Positions 1-13,099 of a stretch of DNA of 64,000 nucleotides are shown piece after piece. Positions within the stretch are counted from its first letter, which is position 1. The number at the start of each line of letters is the position of its first letter. The notes beneath the pieces were generated by a model. It had not been told where the DNA came from and did not search any database. It saw nothing but the letters and a program-made list of their open reading frames with translations. A program made the position numbers and the translations under genes. Where the stretch lies: NCBI GenBank assembly GCA_013265495.1, contig MU058531.1, forward strand, positions 2,604,911-2,668,910. Direction: 5' to 3'. Source of the stretch: Vicugna vicugna. Lineage: Eukaryota.

Positions 1-139
1 TTACTAAAAATTCAGAGATACTTTGATCATAAATAGTTTACATGTAAAGTAAATGATAACATAGCTATCTGATTAGTATATATGATGTGAGTGCACTGTA
101 GACATAAAATTCTGTGTCAAAAGGTAACATTTGCAGCTC

Positions 140-1090
140 ATCTCAACATACATTTACTTGGTTCTAACCATATACCAGGTATTGGACCAAATGTGAAGAT
201 ATAGATATTAAGCAAAGCAAGTCACCAGCTTTGAGGCACTTACAAAGTACATTATTAGGAAGAAAGAAAAGGCACTTCAGTTCTTGGCATGTTGGAAAGA
301 GACAGGGCTGAGGTAGCCATGAATCATCTGGACTACAAAAGGAATCATTGAAATTTGATTCTTTAGTGGGTGGACAGACATATTAACTATGATACCAACA
401 TACTGTGAAAAATACTGCACTAGAGATTTGTGGAGGGTGCTATGAGGACATATGAAAGAGAAACAGCTAACCCAGCCAAGGTGGTCTGGGAGGCTTCCTG
501 AGAGAGATGAATGCAGACTTAAATTTTATGGAATAAGTAAGAGTTACCTGAGTGACGAAGGAAGGGAAGGTGACTCAGAAGAGAAGAAAATGATAATGTC
601 ATGGTTAGGGGAAGTCATCATGGCTTGTTAGAGAACTGAGTAGTTCCTCCTTTAGGAGCTTAAATTCCAAGGCAGGAAAGGAAGCCAAAAGGTGACCTTA
701 ACATGACTTTGCATGTCATGTTAAAGAGCTTGAACTTTATCTTGTGGGAGCTGGGAAGCCATTGAAGATTTTAAGCAAGTGAATGGTGTGATCAGATTTG
801 TATTTTAGCTGCATTTCTCTGGCAGCCCTGTGGAGATCTGGGGTATTAGAAGGGAGAGGCAGAGGGGATAGGCAAGACCAAAGGCCCCAGGGGGAGAGAG
901 CATGCGATCTGATCTAGGACAGTAGCAGTAGTAGTAGCAGGGGGTGGAAAGTAGGTGGCCAGTGAATTCAGGAAGTATTCAGGAGGTTAAATTTGGCAAT
1001 AAGTTAGATACAGGAATTGTGAGAGAGAGGAGTCAAAACGGACTGAATCCGAATTTCTGGTTTGGGTAATTAGATAAGTGCTGTCACTCA
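140..1090. mobile_element. L2 remnant in EXOC6 intron
   Basis: Purine-rich degenerate L2 motifs (ggaggcttcctg, gggaagccattgaagattttaagca, atcagatttgtatttt). Confidence 0.6.
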
Positions 1091-1483
1091 ATGTGTGACC
1101 TGCCTTACAATATGAGGCAGTTGTACCAGGTACACTCATAACTGAGGAAAAACAAATCACATATATATGTAAAGGTATGATAAAACCCAAAATCACTCTC
1201 AGCTATTTGAGTTAAATCTACTTGAGCAAACTATCTGAAATGTTCCTTCCTGTTTGGATAATTGTAAGGGTTTTTGTTTTTCAGAAATAGAAGCTAAAAA
1301 AATTCTTGATAATAATTTACTGATATCTTCCTGCATTCATAACTTCCTGCATTCAAAAACTTTTAGGAAACTTTAGTTAAATATCTGTTTGTCATTTGGG
1401 CTTAAATACACAATGTAAATATTTTAAACCCAAATTGCCGAAAGAATTATTTAAAACTCAAGTATATAAGGTGCTAATATTAC

Positions 1484-1910
1484 AGAGGAAATAACGCATG
1501 TCCACACAAAAACTTGTTCATATCAGTATTATTCATAATAGCCCCCAAATGGGAAGAACCCAAATGTCCGCTAACTGTTGAATGGATAAGCAAATGTGAT
1601 ACATCCATACAATGGAATCTTACTTGGCAATAAAGAGAAATGAAGTACCAACACCTGCTACAACATGGGTGACCCTTGAAAACATGGTGCTAAGTGAAAG
1701 AAGCCAGACACAAAAGACCACATGTTATGTGACTCCCATTTGGAGAGTGACTGCTGAGGGGTATGGGGGATTCTTTGGGGTGATACAAATGTTCTCAAGT
1801 TGATTGAGATGGTTGCAGAACTCTGTGAATATACTCAAGACCATTGATTTGTATACATAAGTAAATGAATTGGACAGTATGTGAAATACATCTCAAAACA
1901 GTTTAAAAAT
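1484..1910 (+). mobile_element. Old L1 3' fragment (L1M-type)
   Basis: Remnant peptide MESYLAIKRNEVPTPATTWVTLENMVLSERSQTQK is typical of the L1 ORF2 C-terminus. Confidence 0.85.
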
Positions 1911-4555
1911 TTTAAGGTGATACAACAAGAAATAGAAGTTTAATTACATTAAAATTATGAAAGCAAAAATAGAGGAAAAAATGTGATAACTACCAAAATA
2001 GGAAGGTAGTGGAAGTAAGGTAAACCCTCATACAGACAGCTGCAAGATGATCAATAAAAACTAGAAAAATAAGCATATTTAGAAATATTGAGATGATCAC
2101 CAGCATTAAAACAGAAGGTGACATGATTGCTTCTGAGAATGGGAAGGGTGGGGCAGTGGACTGTTCATTTTCATGATGTGCCCCATTTGATTATTAGCCA
2201 TGTATTGCTTGATAAAATTAATTTTAATAAATAAGCTACATAAAATCATACATATATATCTGAATGCCATTTTAACCATGATAGTGACCAAGAAGTTCAA
2301 GACAAAGCAAATATGGATGTGTATAAATCTGATGCTGTAAATTCTTTTTGCCTCTTTTTTTCCCCCAGATTCCAAACTCACCTAGTAGTTATTTAGGACT
2401 ACTACATAGCTCATCACCAACAGTTCTTTAAGAACATTTTACTTCTGCTGTGCAGTTCATCTGAATTAAGCGACTTTAAGAGACTAATGCCTTTAAGCCA
2501 TAATGTGCTCAGAGCTCATTCCCAGTCCTCATGGAAAGGCTGGCTGAGAGCAGGTTTGGCAGATGGGACATTAGAAGAGGGCAGGCATGGATTAGGGGTC
2601 AGGTGTATCAGAGAGCCAAACGGCAGCCTGAGGGTAGTTAACACCTGAGGGCAAAAAGTGAGGTGGGTGGAGGCACAATACTGCTTCTTCACAGTTTTTG
2701 CCCAAGCCCTCTCTAACTGCTACTTAAAATTCTCTTCCGTGCTGCTTGTGGACTCTTCCACCTATGTTTTCAGATAGCTAGGAAGAGGGTAAAGCTAAGT
2801 GCTTTAAAAAGCATATGGAGCTCATCATTTGATTTCAGCATCTATTTTTTTAAAAAAGACTTGTATTTCCCCCACATTGTGGCTAATTTAGTAAGACCCA
2901 TTTTTCTTGAATCTCCAGTGCCTAATTACTCATATTTCTTCCTTAAAGCTACATTCTAGTTGAGGATTTTTGTTGTTGTTTAAATCTCTGAAGCACTCTA
3001 GGAACCCTTGCTTTGGCTTTGTTTTTTGGAGGCAAAGGAAAAATGATCTCCTGGTTTACTTTTGGAATCTGCAAAGCAACTCTGAGGCCCCAGGTGGATT
3101 TGGTGTTTGGAAAAGGGAATTTGGGGGACTGAGGTTGACCCTGAGCCCCCAGGTCACTGTTCACGTTTACAAAAGCAAACCTGGTATCCCCAATTGCTTT
3201 TCTCTTGAGGTTGGCTTAACTTTATTTATTTTCTGTCTTGGGTCACTGCCCCTGAGGTGCTTCAAAAGCAAAACCCAAAAGACCCAAAACAATGAAAGCT
3301 AAACCAGATTCAAGGAAAAAATGACCTGGCACTCTGGGTTCACTTTTACAAAGGCAAAAAGTCACTTGAAGAGTTCCACAGAATGGTTTTAAGTCGGCCT
3401 AGATTCATTGTGTTATTTGCACAAAGTGATCTCAACAGGTCTAAGACCCCAGGTTCCTTGGGTGTAGATTTAGAGTGCGACTTAGGATGGGAAACTGTCA
3501 GCAAGCTAAATGCATTGACACAGATGAATTCTTCAGTGATTCCGAAGAGATTCAACTATTTTGAGCATATAAATGGGACCACCCATGCAACCATTTCTTG
3601 CCTTAAGCTGAATCTTTTTGTTTGCTGGACACACACAGGGAACGCTGAGGAAGTGAGAAGTACAACTCACTTTAAAAAATTGGCATCAACCCACTCTGTG
3701 TTATCAGATTAGTTATGAAGGGTATTTTTGAATCCTTGGTGAAAAAAAGTCAGGTTACTAATTTGAGGTAATCTTACAAATCGTGATGAAATAGAACTCA
3801 GGCACACTATTTGACTATTCATTTTTATGTGATCCATACTTTGCTTACTTCCCAAAAGGATTTAAAGTGGAATTACTTTCCTTGACTATTGGGATAAGCC
3901 CATTTTTAGAACTTAATACCAATTTTCATTATAATATGCCTGACTTTATCCTTTAATAGGTAATTGTAAAATTGCTTTTGGATAATCTAGGGGAGATTTT
4001 TGTTTTTGTTCATGTTTGATCTACATCTTTGAATTTCAGGTATATGTGTTAACTAATAAATTCACCTGTTGAGGCCATGTCTTACAGTTTATTTATAAGA
4101 CAGAGAGATTTTGTGTGATTAATAACAAATGTATTATTTGTGTACTGCCACCTGAAAGAAGCAAAACTTGAGATGTTGAAGTGAGGCTTTTCCATACTTT
4201 AGGTTTTAATATTAAGGGCATAGTATATCCTGTGAAACCTCACCGAGTGTGAGAGACAGTCCCCAAGGCAGTGACTGTGTGAAGACGAGTGGCAGTGGCT
4301 GTACCTGGTGCCATTCCAGTTCCCTCGTCCCTTCCTGTCACACTGGCTCCAGAGCAGTCATGTTCTTTTTAAACCATCTCGAAGACCAGGGATTGTGCTT
4401 CTTGATCAAAGCAAGCATAGGTAGCAGCCTGTTAGCAATGGACTCAGTCCATAAATCTGGCCTGGCAGAGTGTTAGGTAGGACCCTGTAATAACATCCTA
4501 GTTTTGTATTACATCTTTCGCTTCAATAGAACTTTACTTTAAAAAGTGGAAAAGG

Positions 4556-4669
4556 AGGGGAAGAATATAGCTCAGTGGTAGAGTTCATGCTTTGCATGCG
4601 CAAGGTTCTGGGTTCAATCCCCAGTACTTCCATTAAAAATAAACAAAGAAACCAAATTACCCCCCCCCA
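4556..4669 (+). mobile_element. tRNA-derived SINE (camelid Vic-1-like)
   Basis: A box TAGCTCAGTGG, B box GGTTCAATCCC, A-rich tail plus aattacccc. Target-site duplication (TSD) aaaaagtg(g)aaaagg on both sides. Confidence 0.9.
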
Positions 4670-7600
4670 AAAAAGTGAAAAGGGACCTTATAATTGTTAT
4701 GGATGGAGGGATATGGGTAGGCCATTCAGAAATATTAGTGCTTCTTTTTCTAGGAAGATCATTTACCTTAATTAGGCCCAATGCCTTATCAAGAGGGAAT
4801 CTGTCCTCTTTGTCAAGCCCCAGTGAAAGCCTGGGAAAGGTGGCAGGAAGTGGTTGACTGCATTCACTTGCCCTCGTTTGCCTGCAGGCCAACTTTGGCC
4901 TTTTTCAGAGAGCATAAACCAGAGCTGTCTGCAGGGAGCTGATCTGTTATGCTCCCAAAGCCTAAGAAAAAACTCCCCAGTAAACTTGGAATAGTGGTCT
5001 GGTGTCATCAATCAGGGAGCTGTTTCTTGAATATCTACTGAGTGGTTACACTCCGCTGGCCACACTTTCTGAGTCTGCCTGCCCAGCTCTGTGAAGTTTA
5101 TTTCTATTTGCTTATTGAAATGTGGTATTATGCATTTGAAAAATCCTTACACACACGGAATTGAGAAATCTGAATATGAGATCAGAATGCTTGCTGGCCC
5201 TGTGTCCCTCTCCATCCACATCCATGTATCCTTTGGGACATAGACACTGAAATGGTGCTGAAGTTGATGCCACTTTCATGGGCTGAAAATAATGAGCAAG
5301 TGGTCACCAGCTCCTACATAAATCTGTTTTTATCTTACTTGATATTAAATTGAGAGTTACTTCTTCATGTGTTAACTGTAGTTTAACTTACTAGGATTTT
5401 GTGTGAATAGTTTTTTTCTTTACCATTTCTTCATGTTAACCTCAAAATAGTACTTGTTTCCTCATTAAGTGTCTGCCTCCCTACTTTCCCCACCTACAGT
5501 GGAAACTTTTTGAGGACAGGGACTTGTCTCATTCTGTACTATATTCTGATACCTAGCACAGTAGCTAGCATGTTGTAGGTGGGCGGTCAATATTTGAGGA
5601 ACGAATAAGTACATCTTATCTAGATCCATAGCCCTTTTATCCACCTTGGCAATGCATTCCTTAACCATTAATGTGCAAATTTATGCAGATTCCCATTGGT
5701 ATCTACAAGTTAACTATGCACTTTATGTATTTCTATGAAGTATTAGTATAAATTTGAAAGCATGTAGATTAGACTTGTCTATAGGTGGCCAGGTAGGTTA
5801 AATTTTGTGGTTCCTGTAATTTCTAGCTGTAAGAAATTTACATATGGATGTCTCTGACCATATGTGAAAAAAAAAAGCATAATATTTCTTTATCTAGGAA
5901 AGTCTATTTTTGTGCTGTAGAAGAACCAGTTCTGTGTTCACAGTTGAAGTTGGTGTAGGTTTTAAATTCATTAAATGGGCTCCTCCATTGCCACTTGGGG
6001 GCAGATCAGCCTTTATTTTAAGGCCTCTTCCTCTTCCAAATCCCAAAGGTCATGTTGCTAATGCCTTTGGAAAGAAAGGGAAATTGCAGCCAGTACGTTA
6101 AGGGGTTACTTTCTGCTGACTGTGCACATCCCACACACACTTGTGCAAACACATACCTATGTCTACCTGAAAGAAGACCCCTTCAGAATGAGGCTTTTAT
6201 TAACAACTGTGTAAGGACTATTCATTATTGAATTTATCAGAATATGGATATATACATGTATGTAAGCCTCATTTCTAACTCTAGAATTAATACATGTCCA
6301 TTGTGGGATATTAATAAAATAAAGGAAACAGTAACAGTTACCCATTATCCCACCACCCAAATTACAACCAGTTCTTAACATTTTCTCATATTTTCTTCCA
6401 GTCTCTTTTGATGGATTTTTATGTAATTTTAGTAGCAGCATTTATCATAAGCTCCTTCCCAAGCTATTTTAAATCCTGTGTGTGCATCAGTTTGAATAAC
6501 CACATAACATTCACCTTCTGGGTGAACCATTCTCTTAATACTGAGATTTAGACTGTTTTCATGGTTTTTTCTTCTTCTTCAGTTTTTGATAACACAGGTA
6601 ACATTTTTGAGATTGATATATTTGTTCATAAATTTGTCTACCTTTATTGTTTCCTGAAGTTGGATTCCTAGAAGTAGGATTACTGAGTCAAAGAGAATGG
6701 TCACTTTTTATAAGGTTCTTAAAGACATACTGCAAATTCACATTCCAGAGAAGTTCTACCAACTTACATTTTCACTGCAGAGTGTAGAAAGTAACTTTTC
6801 CTCCTTGTGAAAGAAGGGGAAAATGTACTTGTTGCAAGCAAGAGTCCAAAATTACACAGAACTTGAAATACGTTCCCTTTTCTTTTTCAGAGAGTATATT
6901 CTTTTAATATTGTCTCAGTGTAGTTTCTGTATCAGTGTTTTAACTTTTGGTGTGGCCAAAAATGTTGTCCAAAAGAAAATAGTGTGGCTTTTAATATTAG
7001 TAGTTAACATTTTCATTATAGAATTTTCCTCTTTTTACAAGAAAGTCTGTATTAGTAGCTGTATACTGGATGGGAAAAGAGTCGGACAAGTCTATTATCT
7101 TCCTAAGAAAGAACTAGTTTCTTGTAACTTTCCTGTAGGTTTTAACCACCCCAGAAGTTTTATCCCTCTCAGAGCCAGTGGGTTGGCTCACATATCCTAT
7201 GAGTAAATACAAATGCCTCTTCCTTCATTTGAAAGCAAAACCAATACACCCCTTACTTTTAAAGTGAGCTAAAACAAAAAGAAAGAATAATATAAAAACT
7301 GAAGGAAGGTAGTAAGTAAAGCATTTAGCTTTCTGAAACAATTCAAATGGGAATAGGAAGTTGGTTTTAAATGGCTTAAAGGGGATTAGGGTTTTAAAGT
7401 TGGATAAGGAGTTTGGTGCTTTGGTTTAGGCATGGCATTGCTTTTAAAAGATTACTTCCATATTTGACAACAATTCTAACTGGAGAGTATAAAGCACATA
7501 GTTTTAAAACACTACGGAAAACAAGAGGGTTTCTTTTTTGTTGTTGTTTGTTTATACAAAATGATTGCCTAGAGTTAACAGGCTGAGTCCTGAAGGCCTC

Positions 7601-8180
7601 ATTTCATAACACAACTGAGGATCTGTCACCGGGGAGAATCCAGCAGAGGTTGTTTAATGTACTTCATTGAGATTATCTGAGCTTTTCGGTTTAAATTACT
7701 TTGGGAAAAGTCTAGGTGCAAACAGCTTCTTTGAAAGGTAAACATACTTAACCTCTAAGAAAAAGGGTTCAATTTAAGTTCTTTAAAATTCTTCGGTTAG
7801 TATCACCAACCCTTATTAATAAAATTTGAGTATAAGCTGAATAATGTGCAAAGATTTGATCTCTGTACATCAGTACAAGTGTTAATATAATTATATTAAC
7901 AATGTTTTCAGTATTTTACAATTGTTTGAAAATGCAATTAAGTAGTTAATTTAAAAAAAAGCAACCCCAGACAATTTTAGTAATTCCAAAAGTGAAAAGA
8001 TACTATCTACTGTGTTGGTTATAAAATTTTGTTAATGAAGTTTTAAAAATGAATTTTCCCATTCTGTTGCATCCAAGAAGTTGGTTGCGTTAAAATAGAA
8101 AAAGGGTAGCATATACTTTATATATAAGCTGTGGAGAAACAGTCACAAGTCAGTTTAACATCTTCCCCCATCTTCCTCAG

Positions 8181-8293
8181 CTCCTTGACCTGTTCATGGT
8201 TTGGGATTGGTCTACTTACCTAGCTGATTATGGACAGCCAGCTTCGAAGTACCTTCGGGTAAATCCAAACACAGCCCTTACTCTTTTGGAGAA
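8181..8293 (+). CDS. EXOC6: Exocyst complex component 6 (Sec15), penultimate coding exon
   Basis: Acceptor tcttcctcag at 8180, donor gtgagt at 8294. Translates LLDLFMVWDWSTYLADYGQPASKYLRVNPNTALTLLE(K), the Sec15/EXOC6 C-terminal region. 113 nt; the phase-2 junction joins in frame with 9417. Confidence 0.95.
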
Positions 8294-9416
8294 GTGAGTA
8301 TATTCTGGAAACTTTTTGTCATGCTATTTTAGCATTTTGTGATTCAGTAATAATTGAAAACTAGAGATTTTTATCAAAAGAGAAATGTCTGTATGGAGCT
8401 TAAAAGCTCAGTTCATTTTTAATGACCAAAATATAAGCCTCTTTCTTTCTCACCTTCAGTATTAGTGTAGTTTTATATATGAGATTGCTGTTTATGTTGA
8501 TATGAACAAAAGAATTTTCCTATTGTATCTTCAATAGCAGGCTTAATTGGCTATGGAAATATGCTTACTAAAGATAAGTGAGGGTCGGAACTATTTTTTA
8601 AAAATACTGTAACACAGGAAAGAAGGCATTTTGTAAAACATGGCTAGGGATTGGAATGTTTGCCACCAGTGCTGTCTAAATCCTACCGTGATGGACTTGG
8701 AATCTTTACAGGTAGAGAAGTATGTGTTTTGAAAAAATAATATTATAAAAACTGAAATAATAGAATATTTACTGATATGCGTTCTCCAATTTAAAATAAC
8801 ACCAGTGTAGGTGTTACTTTTCCCTCTCATAATGTGGCAGATTTTCTTTTCACTCTATCATATTTCAAGTATCACTATTAAATTTTTCAAGTTTTGAATT
8901 AAAAGTGTATATTATTTTCCCAGCATTTCAAAATATGTGGTGTATTTGATTTGAGAGGACACAAGGAGCTGTTTTAAATAAATGTAAACTTGTTTTGCAA
9001 TGGCATGAAACACCACTGAGGCAAAAAAAAAAATGGCTGCTTTTGATTTTCTAATGTTATTTTTCCTTTCACCTTGTCTTGCTATGAATGTAATTTGCAG
9101 AGTCCATAGAGGGTATGTATTTTAGCATACTTTATGAAATGATGTTAGAAAATAGTATGATATAAGCAAACTTATTATGCTTTAGATTTACATACTAATG
9201 CAAAAACACCACTTCATATAGAATGCAAAATAAAGCTGCTAATTTTTTGTGTAGTTGCTATCTCTGTAATATTATTAGTAATACCTATTTTCTTTGAACT
9301 ATATTTTTCAAGCATAGGATTAGTGTGAGATAATCCAGAGCATGCCAAGATATTTTATTTGTGACGGCATAGGAAATTACTTTTACTAAAGCTTCTTCTT
9401 TCACATATATTCCTAG

Positions 9417-9549
9417 GATGAAGGATACTAGCAAAAAGAACAATATATTTGCTCAGTTCAGAAAGAATGATCGAGACAAACAGAAGCTGATAGAGACAGT
9501 CGTGAAACAGCTGAGAAGTTTGGTGAATGGTATGTCCCAGCACACATAG
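9417..9549 (+). CDS. EXOC6: EXOC6 last coding exon
   Basis: Acceptor ttcctag at 9416. Translates (K)MKDTSKKNNIFAQFRKNDRDKQKLIETVVKQLRSLVNGMSQHT, stop TAG 9547-9549. Fits the known EXOC6-CYP26C1-CYP26A1 gene order. Confidence 0.95.
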
Positions 9550-10643
9550 ACTTCACATCGCTTGTACTCAGTGGCAACAAATCTGAGACTCAGCATTGAT
9601 ACCTAACAAACACTGGTCATAATACACAAACTTGTTTGCGTAATTCGAAAATACAATAGAGAAAAGACAATGATGAGAGCTTAAACAAGAAACAATTATA
9701 AATATGATTTGTATGGATTTTTAAATAATTGAATACTATTTTATATATGGAAAATGTGACTTTTTTCACTTTTAGGGTAATATATAATCAGGTCAAAAAT
9801 TGTATATGAAACTGATTGTAAATACATTAGAAAAACTTATGCCTCTACATATAAGTATTTCTTTTCTATTTGAACTTGAATAATTTGTGTGTGTGTGTGT
9901 GTTTTCCCCCAGTATCTGGCTTTGGAATGCAATCATGTCTGATTTGGGAGCATTTCACTGTTGTTTTCCAACTTTTAACTTTAATTTTCACCTCAGTATG
10001 ATTTAAGTAGACTAAATTTTCTAATTTTGCTGATTCTGAGGGAGGAAAAGGACGAATCTTTAAAGGTCCCTGAAATCAAACTTCATTTAATCCGATAAGA
10101 ATGTGAATTATTTGTTTTACTTGGGTGGTTTAATTTAATCTGAATATGAAGAAAAGGTGTTTAGATTTTTTTTAAGACGCAGTGTTTCTGTTCAGCAGGG
10201 TTATTATTTCTAACTATATTATCTGTAGCTGGATCCCATTGATCTGGTTTGGCTTGGTTCAAGTTAGAAGGATAGGAAGTAAGTGGGACTAACCACTTCA
10301 GGTGCAGCTCACGCTAGGATAGATGTGTTCCTACACACACAAGTTACCACAAAGGTCAGGTTACTTTCTTCAAAGAGGAGATCTCAGTATGGTATCCTCT
10401 CTGTGGAAACAAGCCAAACCAAATGAACTCTGGAAAACCTAAAACGAATGTACATCTTATTCTGTGTAAATTACTGTGGTCCAGATGGTAATATCAGTCT
10501 GATCCTTACTTTCTCTTCATTGTATTTATACTGAATAATCCTTTTTGCATTTTCAGGATTTATGCCTGTAAGAAACTTATTATTTTACTCTGTAAAATAA
10601 GTGTAAAGAATTCTGTGTACATTTCTTGATTTTGTGATGAAAT

Positions 10644-10649
10644 ATTAAA
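10644..10649 (+). terminator. EXOC6: Probable EXOC6 poly(A) signal ATTAAA
   Basis: ATTAAA about 1.1 kb after the stop, at the end of an AT-rich UTR-like tract and just before the CpG-rich region begins. Confidence 0.5.
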
Positions 10650-11113
10650 AAGGTTGAGCAAGTTGCTGAAAATTCGTTGCTACATCTATTTAGAGTTTCC
10701 TGATTTAAAACAACTGCTTCCTTCAGAAAGGCTATTATTCGCTAGCTCTTACAACTGAGAGTGTCACCAAAACAAAATGAGCATTTATTTTCTTGACTAT
10801 CTCTTTTCCTTAAAGTAGTTTATAACATTAAAAAAATTACATGGAAAACATGGTAATTCCAGGCACAATACAGTCTGGAAGTTACGAGGGAAGCGGTGAA
10901 CAGCTCGTTCTCTTTAAGGACTGAAATGTGGTGTCCCTGGCGTGCCTTACCCAGCCCTCCAGGGCACGCGGGACGTCTTCCCGGCTTGGGCTGAGGCGTC
11001 CTCCTAATTCGGAGAGACGCCGGCTCTGCACTGCTTGGAGCAGACCACTGCGAGTCCGCAGCGGTGATGGTCTTGTGGCGATCACTTTACTCTTCTCAGG
11101 AAAACAAGCACCC

Positions 11114-11172
11114 TGCACGCACGCGCGCGCGCACGCACGCAAACACACACACACGCACACGCACACGCACAC
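11114..11172. repeat. Mixed (CA)n/(CG)n alternating purine-pyrimidine microsatellite
   Basis: tgcacgcacgcgcgcgcgcacgcacgcaaacacacacacacgcacacgcacacgcacac. Confidence 0.9.
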
Positions 11173-11769
11173 CCCAGTTGCGCTGGGACGTGCAAGTCTT
11201 GAGGCATTTGGAGCCCCACAAAAAAGACCTAGAAGCAACCGTGTAGATTGATGGGGTGGGAAGGATACGAAGGGGTCTTTGAGACCCGAAAGGCACCCGG
11301 GGATATCTGCTCCTCGTGGGCATAGAGTGTCTCTTTGAAGCTTTGTGCAGCAATGACACTACCATCTTTTGAAGGATTCTGGAAGTGGTAGATCAGAGAC
11401 CTTGGGCGGTTGGGGGATGTCGAACCCGGCCATCCTTAGGTGCTTGCGATGTCAAGGCAGTCATCGAAAACCGCAATTTCCCTGAAAGTTCACTGGAGAA
11501 CCCCCAGTGCTTTAGCCTTGGTGTGCCAGGAGTGGAAAGGGCACCTGGAAGCTCGAAGGTGAGGATCCCACAGAGAGCCCGAGTTAGCTCCGCGCACTCG
11601 GTTCGTCCACCCGCGGAGCCCCCTCTGGGAGCCGGGAGGTTCTTGGCGCGAAACTGCAGACCCCGCCCGAGGATCTGAGCGGGGCTCAGCCCCCGGCTCA
11701 GCCGTCGCGCCGCAGAGCCTGCCATTCCCGACTCCTACTCCTGGGAGAGCGCGCCGCTGCCCACCGCCT

Positions 11770-11869
11770 CCAATCATTACTTTGAATAGAGCGCTTTAAA
11801 TACAAACAGGCGCGTCACGTTGTGTGAATCGGAATCAATCTGTAGGGAGGGAGCCAATATCTATATAAA
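11770..11869 (+). promoter_or_regulatory. CYP26C1: Candidate CYP26C1 core promoter (two CCAAT boxes, TATA box)
   Basis: CCAAT at 11770-11774 and 11854-11858, GTCACGT at ~11814, TATAAA at 11864-11869, about 500 nt upstream of the ATG. Confidence 0.6.
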
Positions 11870-12368
11870 TGTGGTCTGGGTGGGCTGAGAAGGGTTAAAA
11901 GGCTGGAGGAGAGAGAGGTGGGCGGGGGTCTACAGCCCCGGTGAGCACAGCCCTGGTTGGCAACCTCGGTGAGTTGCTCCTCATTTTGCCCTCCCTCACT
12001 GCTTCTATTAAAGGAGTGCTGACCCGGGGAGGAGGTGGGAGGTGCCCGGCGCGAGCGGTCCCAAGGCAGTCGGCACCCCCGTGAGGGGCTTGCATTTTGG
12101 CACGGGAGCCTTCAGACTCCGGGAATAGTTCTGAGCGCTGAGCTCGCGGGTCTCAATGAAGGCACGTCTGCTAAGGGCGCGTGGTCACTGCCGCCCTCCA
12201 CTGCCTGTCTGCTTTTAGAGTGAAGTCTCTGTCCGAGTTTGTAAATCTCGGTTTTGGTCCCCAAGCCCCAGGCCCTTTCCGGACAGAACGGGTGAGCACT
12301 GCGCTCTGCCGGCGCCCCAGCTCCTGCGCCCCCTGCGCTCTGAGCGGCCTGGCCTCCGCAGGCTGGCC

Positions 12369-12572
12369 ATGTTCCCCTGGGGGTTGAGCTGCTTGTCGGT
12401 GCTGGGGGCGGCGGGCACCGCTCTCCTGTGCGCCGGCCTGCTACTTAGCCTGGCCCAGCACCTCTGGACCCTCCGCTGGACGTTGAGCCGGGACCGAGCT
12501 TCTGCCCTGCCCCTGCCCAAAGGCTCCATGGGCTGGCCCTTCTTCGGGGAAACGCTGCACTGGTTAGTTCAG
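12369..12572 (+). CDS. CYP26C1: Cytochrome P450 26C1 exon 1
   Basis: gccATG start. MFPWGLSCLS...LPLPKGSMGWPFFGETLHWLVQ (membrane anchor plus proline-rich hinge). Donor gtgagc. 204 nt. Confidence 0.97.
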
Positions 12573-13099
12573 GTGAGCAGTCTGTTGTTCCCACACCCCA
12601 GTATGGCCTCTTCTTCCCTGACCCCCACTGGCTCTCAATGTTCCCAGGGTTCGTAACCAGTCGCTTCCTGCAGCCCAGGATCCCAGGGAGCATACACAGC
12701 CCCCGCCTTTGCCCAGCTGTTCCCGCGAAGGGACTGTATGCCACCAGAGTTCTCCCCATCGCAACTTAAGTCCCAACGCAATGCGGGGGTGAACAGAGAG
12801 GTTCTAGAACTGTGTGGCCTGCCACCATAGAATCAGGAGTCGGGGGCGCGTTTCATCCTTGAGACTTTTGGCCCTCACGTCCCCATTCTGAGCCTCAGTT
12901 TCCTCATCTCACCAGTGGGAACAGGAGCCTGTACATTCTCTTAAGGTAGTCGCGAGGCCCATTTGAGATTCTATTTTGTAAAGAGTAAGACGCCAGTCTG
13001 GAGTAGGTGGTGGTTATCAAGGGTCATTTGAAAGGCCTGGGCTAGATCCGCAGCCGAGGCCCTAGGGCCCCGGCCCTCTTTGCTCCGCCTTGTTCGCAG

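Noticed and set aside
698..724. 10-bp-stem hairpin ttaacatgac/gtcatgttaa
   Set aside because: Short, AT-rich and inside an L2 remnant; compatible with chance.
4556..4635. tRNA gene (and the six similar copies)
   Set aside because: They have A/B boxes but no complete acceptor stem; A-rich tails, TSDs and copy divergence mark them as SINEs.
1..8180. Additional EXOC6 coding exons
   Set aside because: No Sec15-like peptide with proper splice sites was found; the region reads as one long intron.
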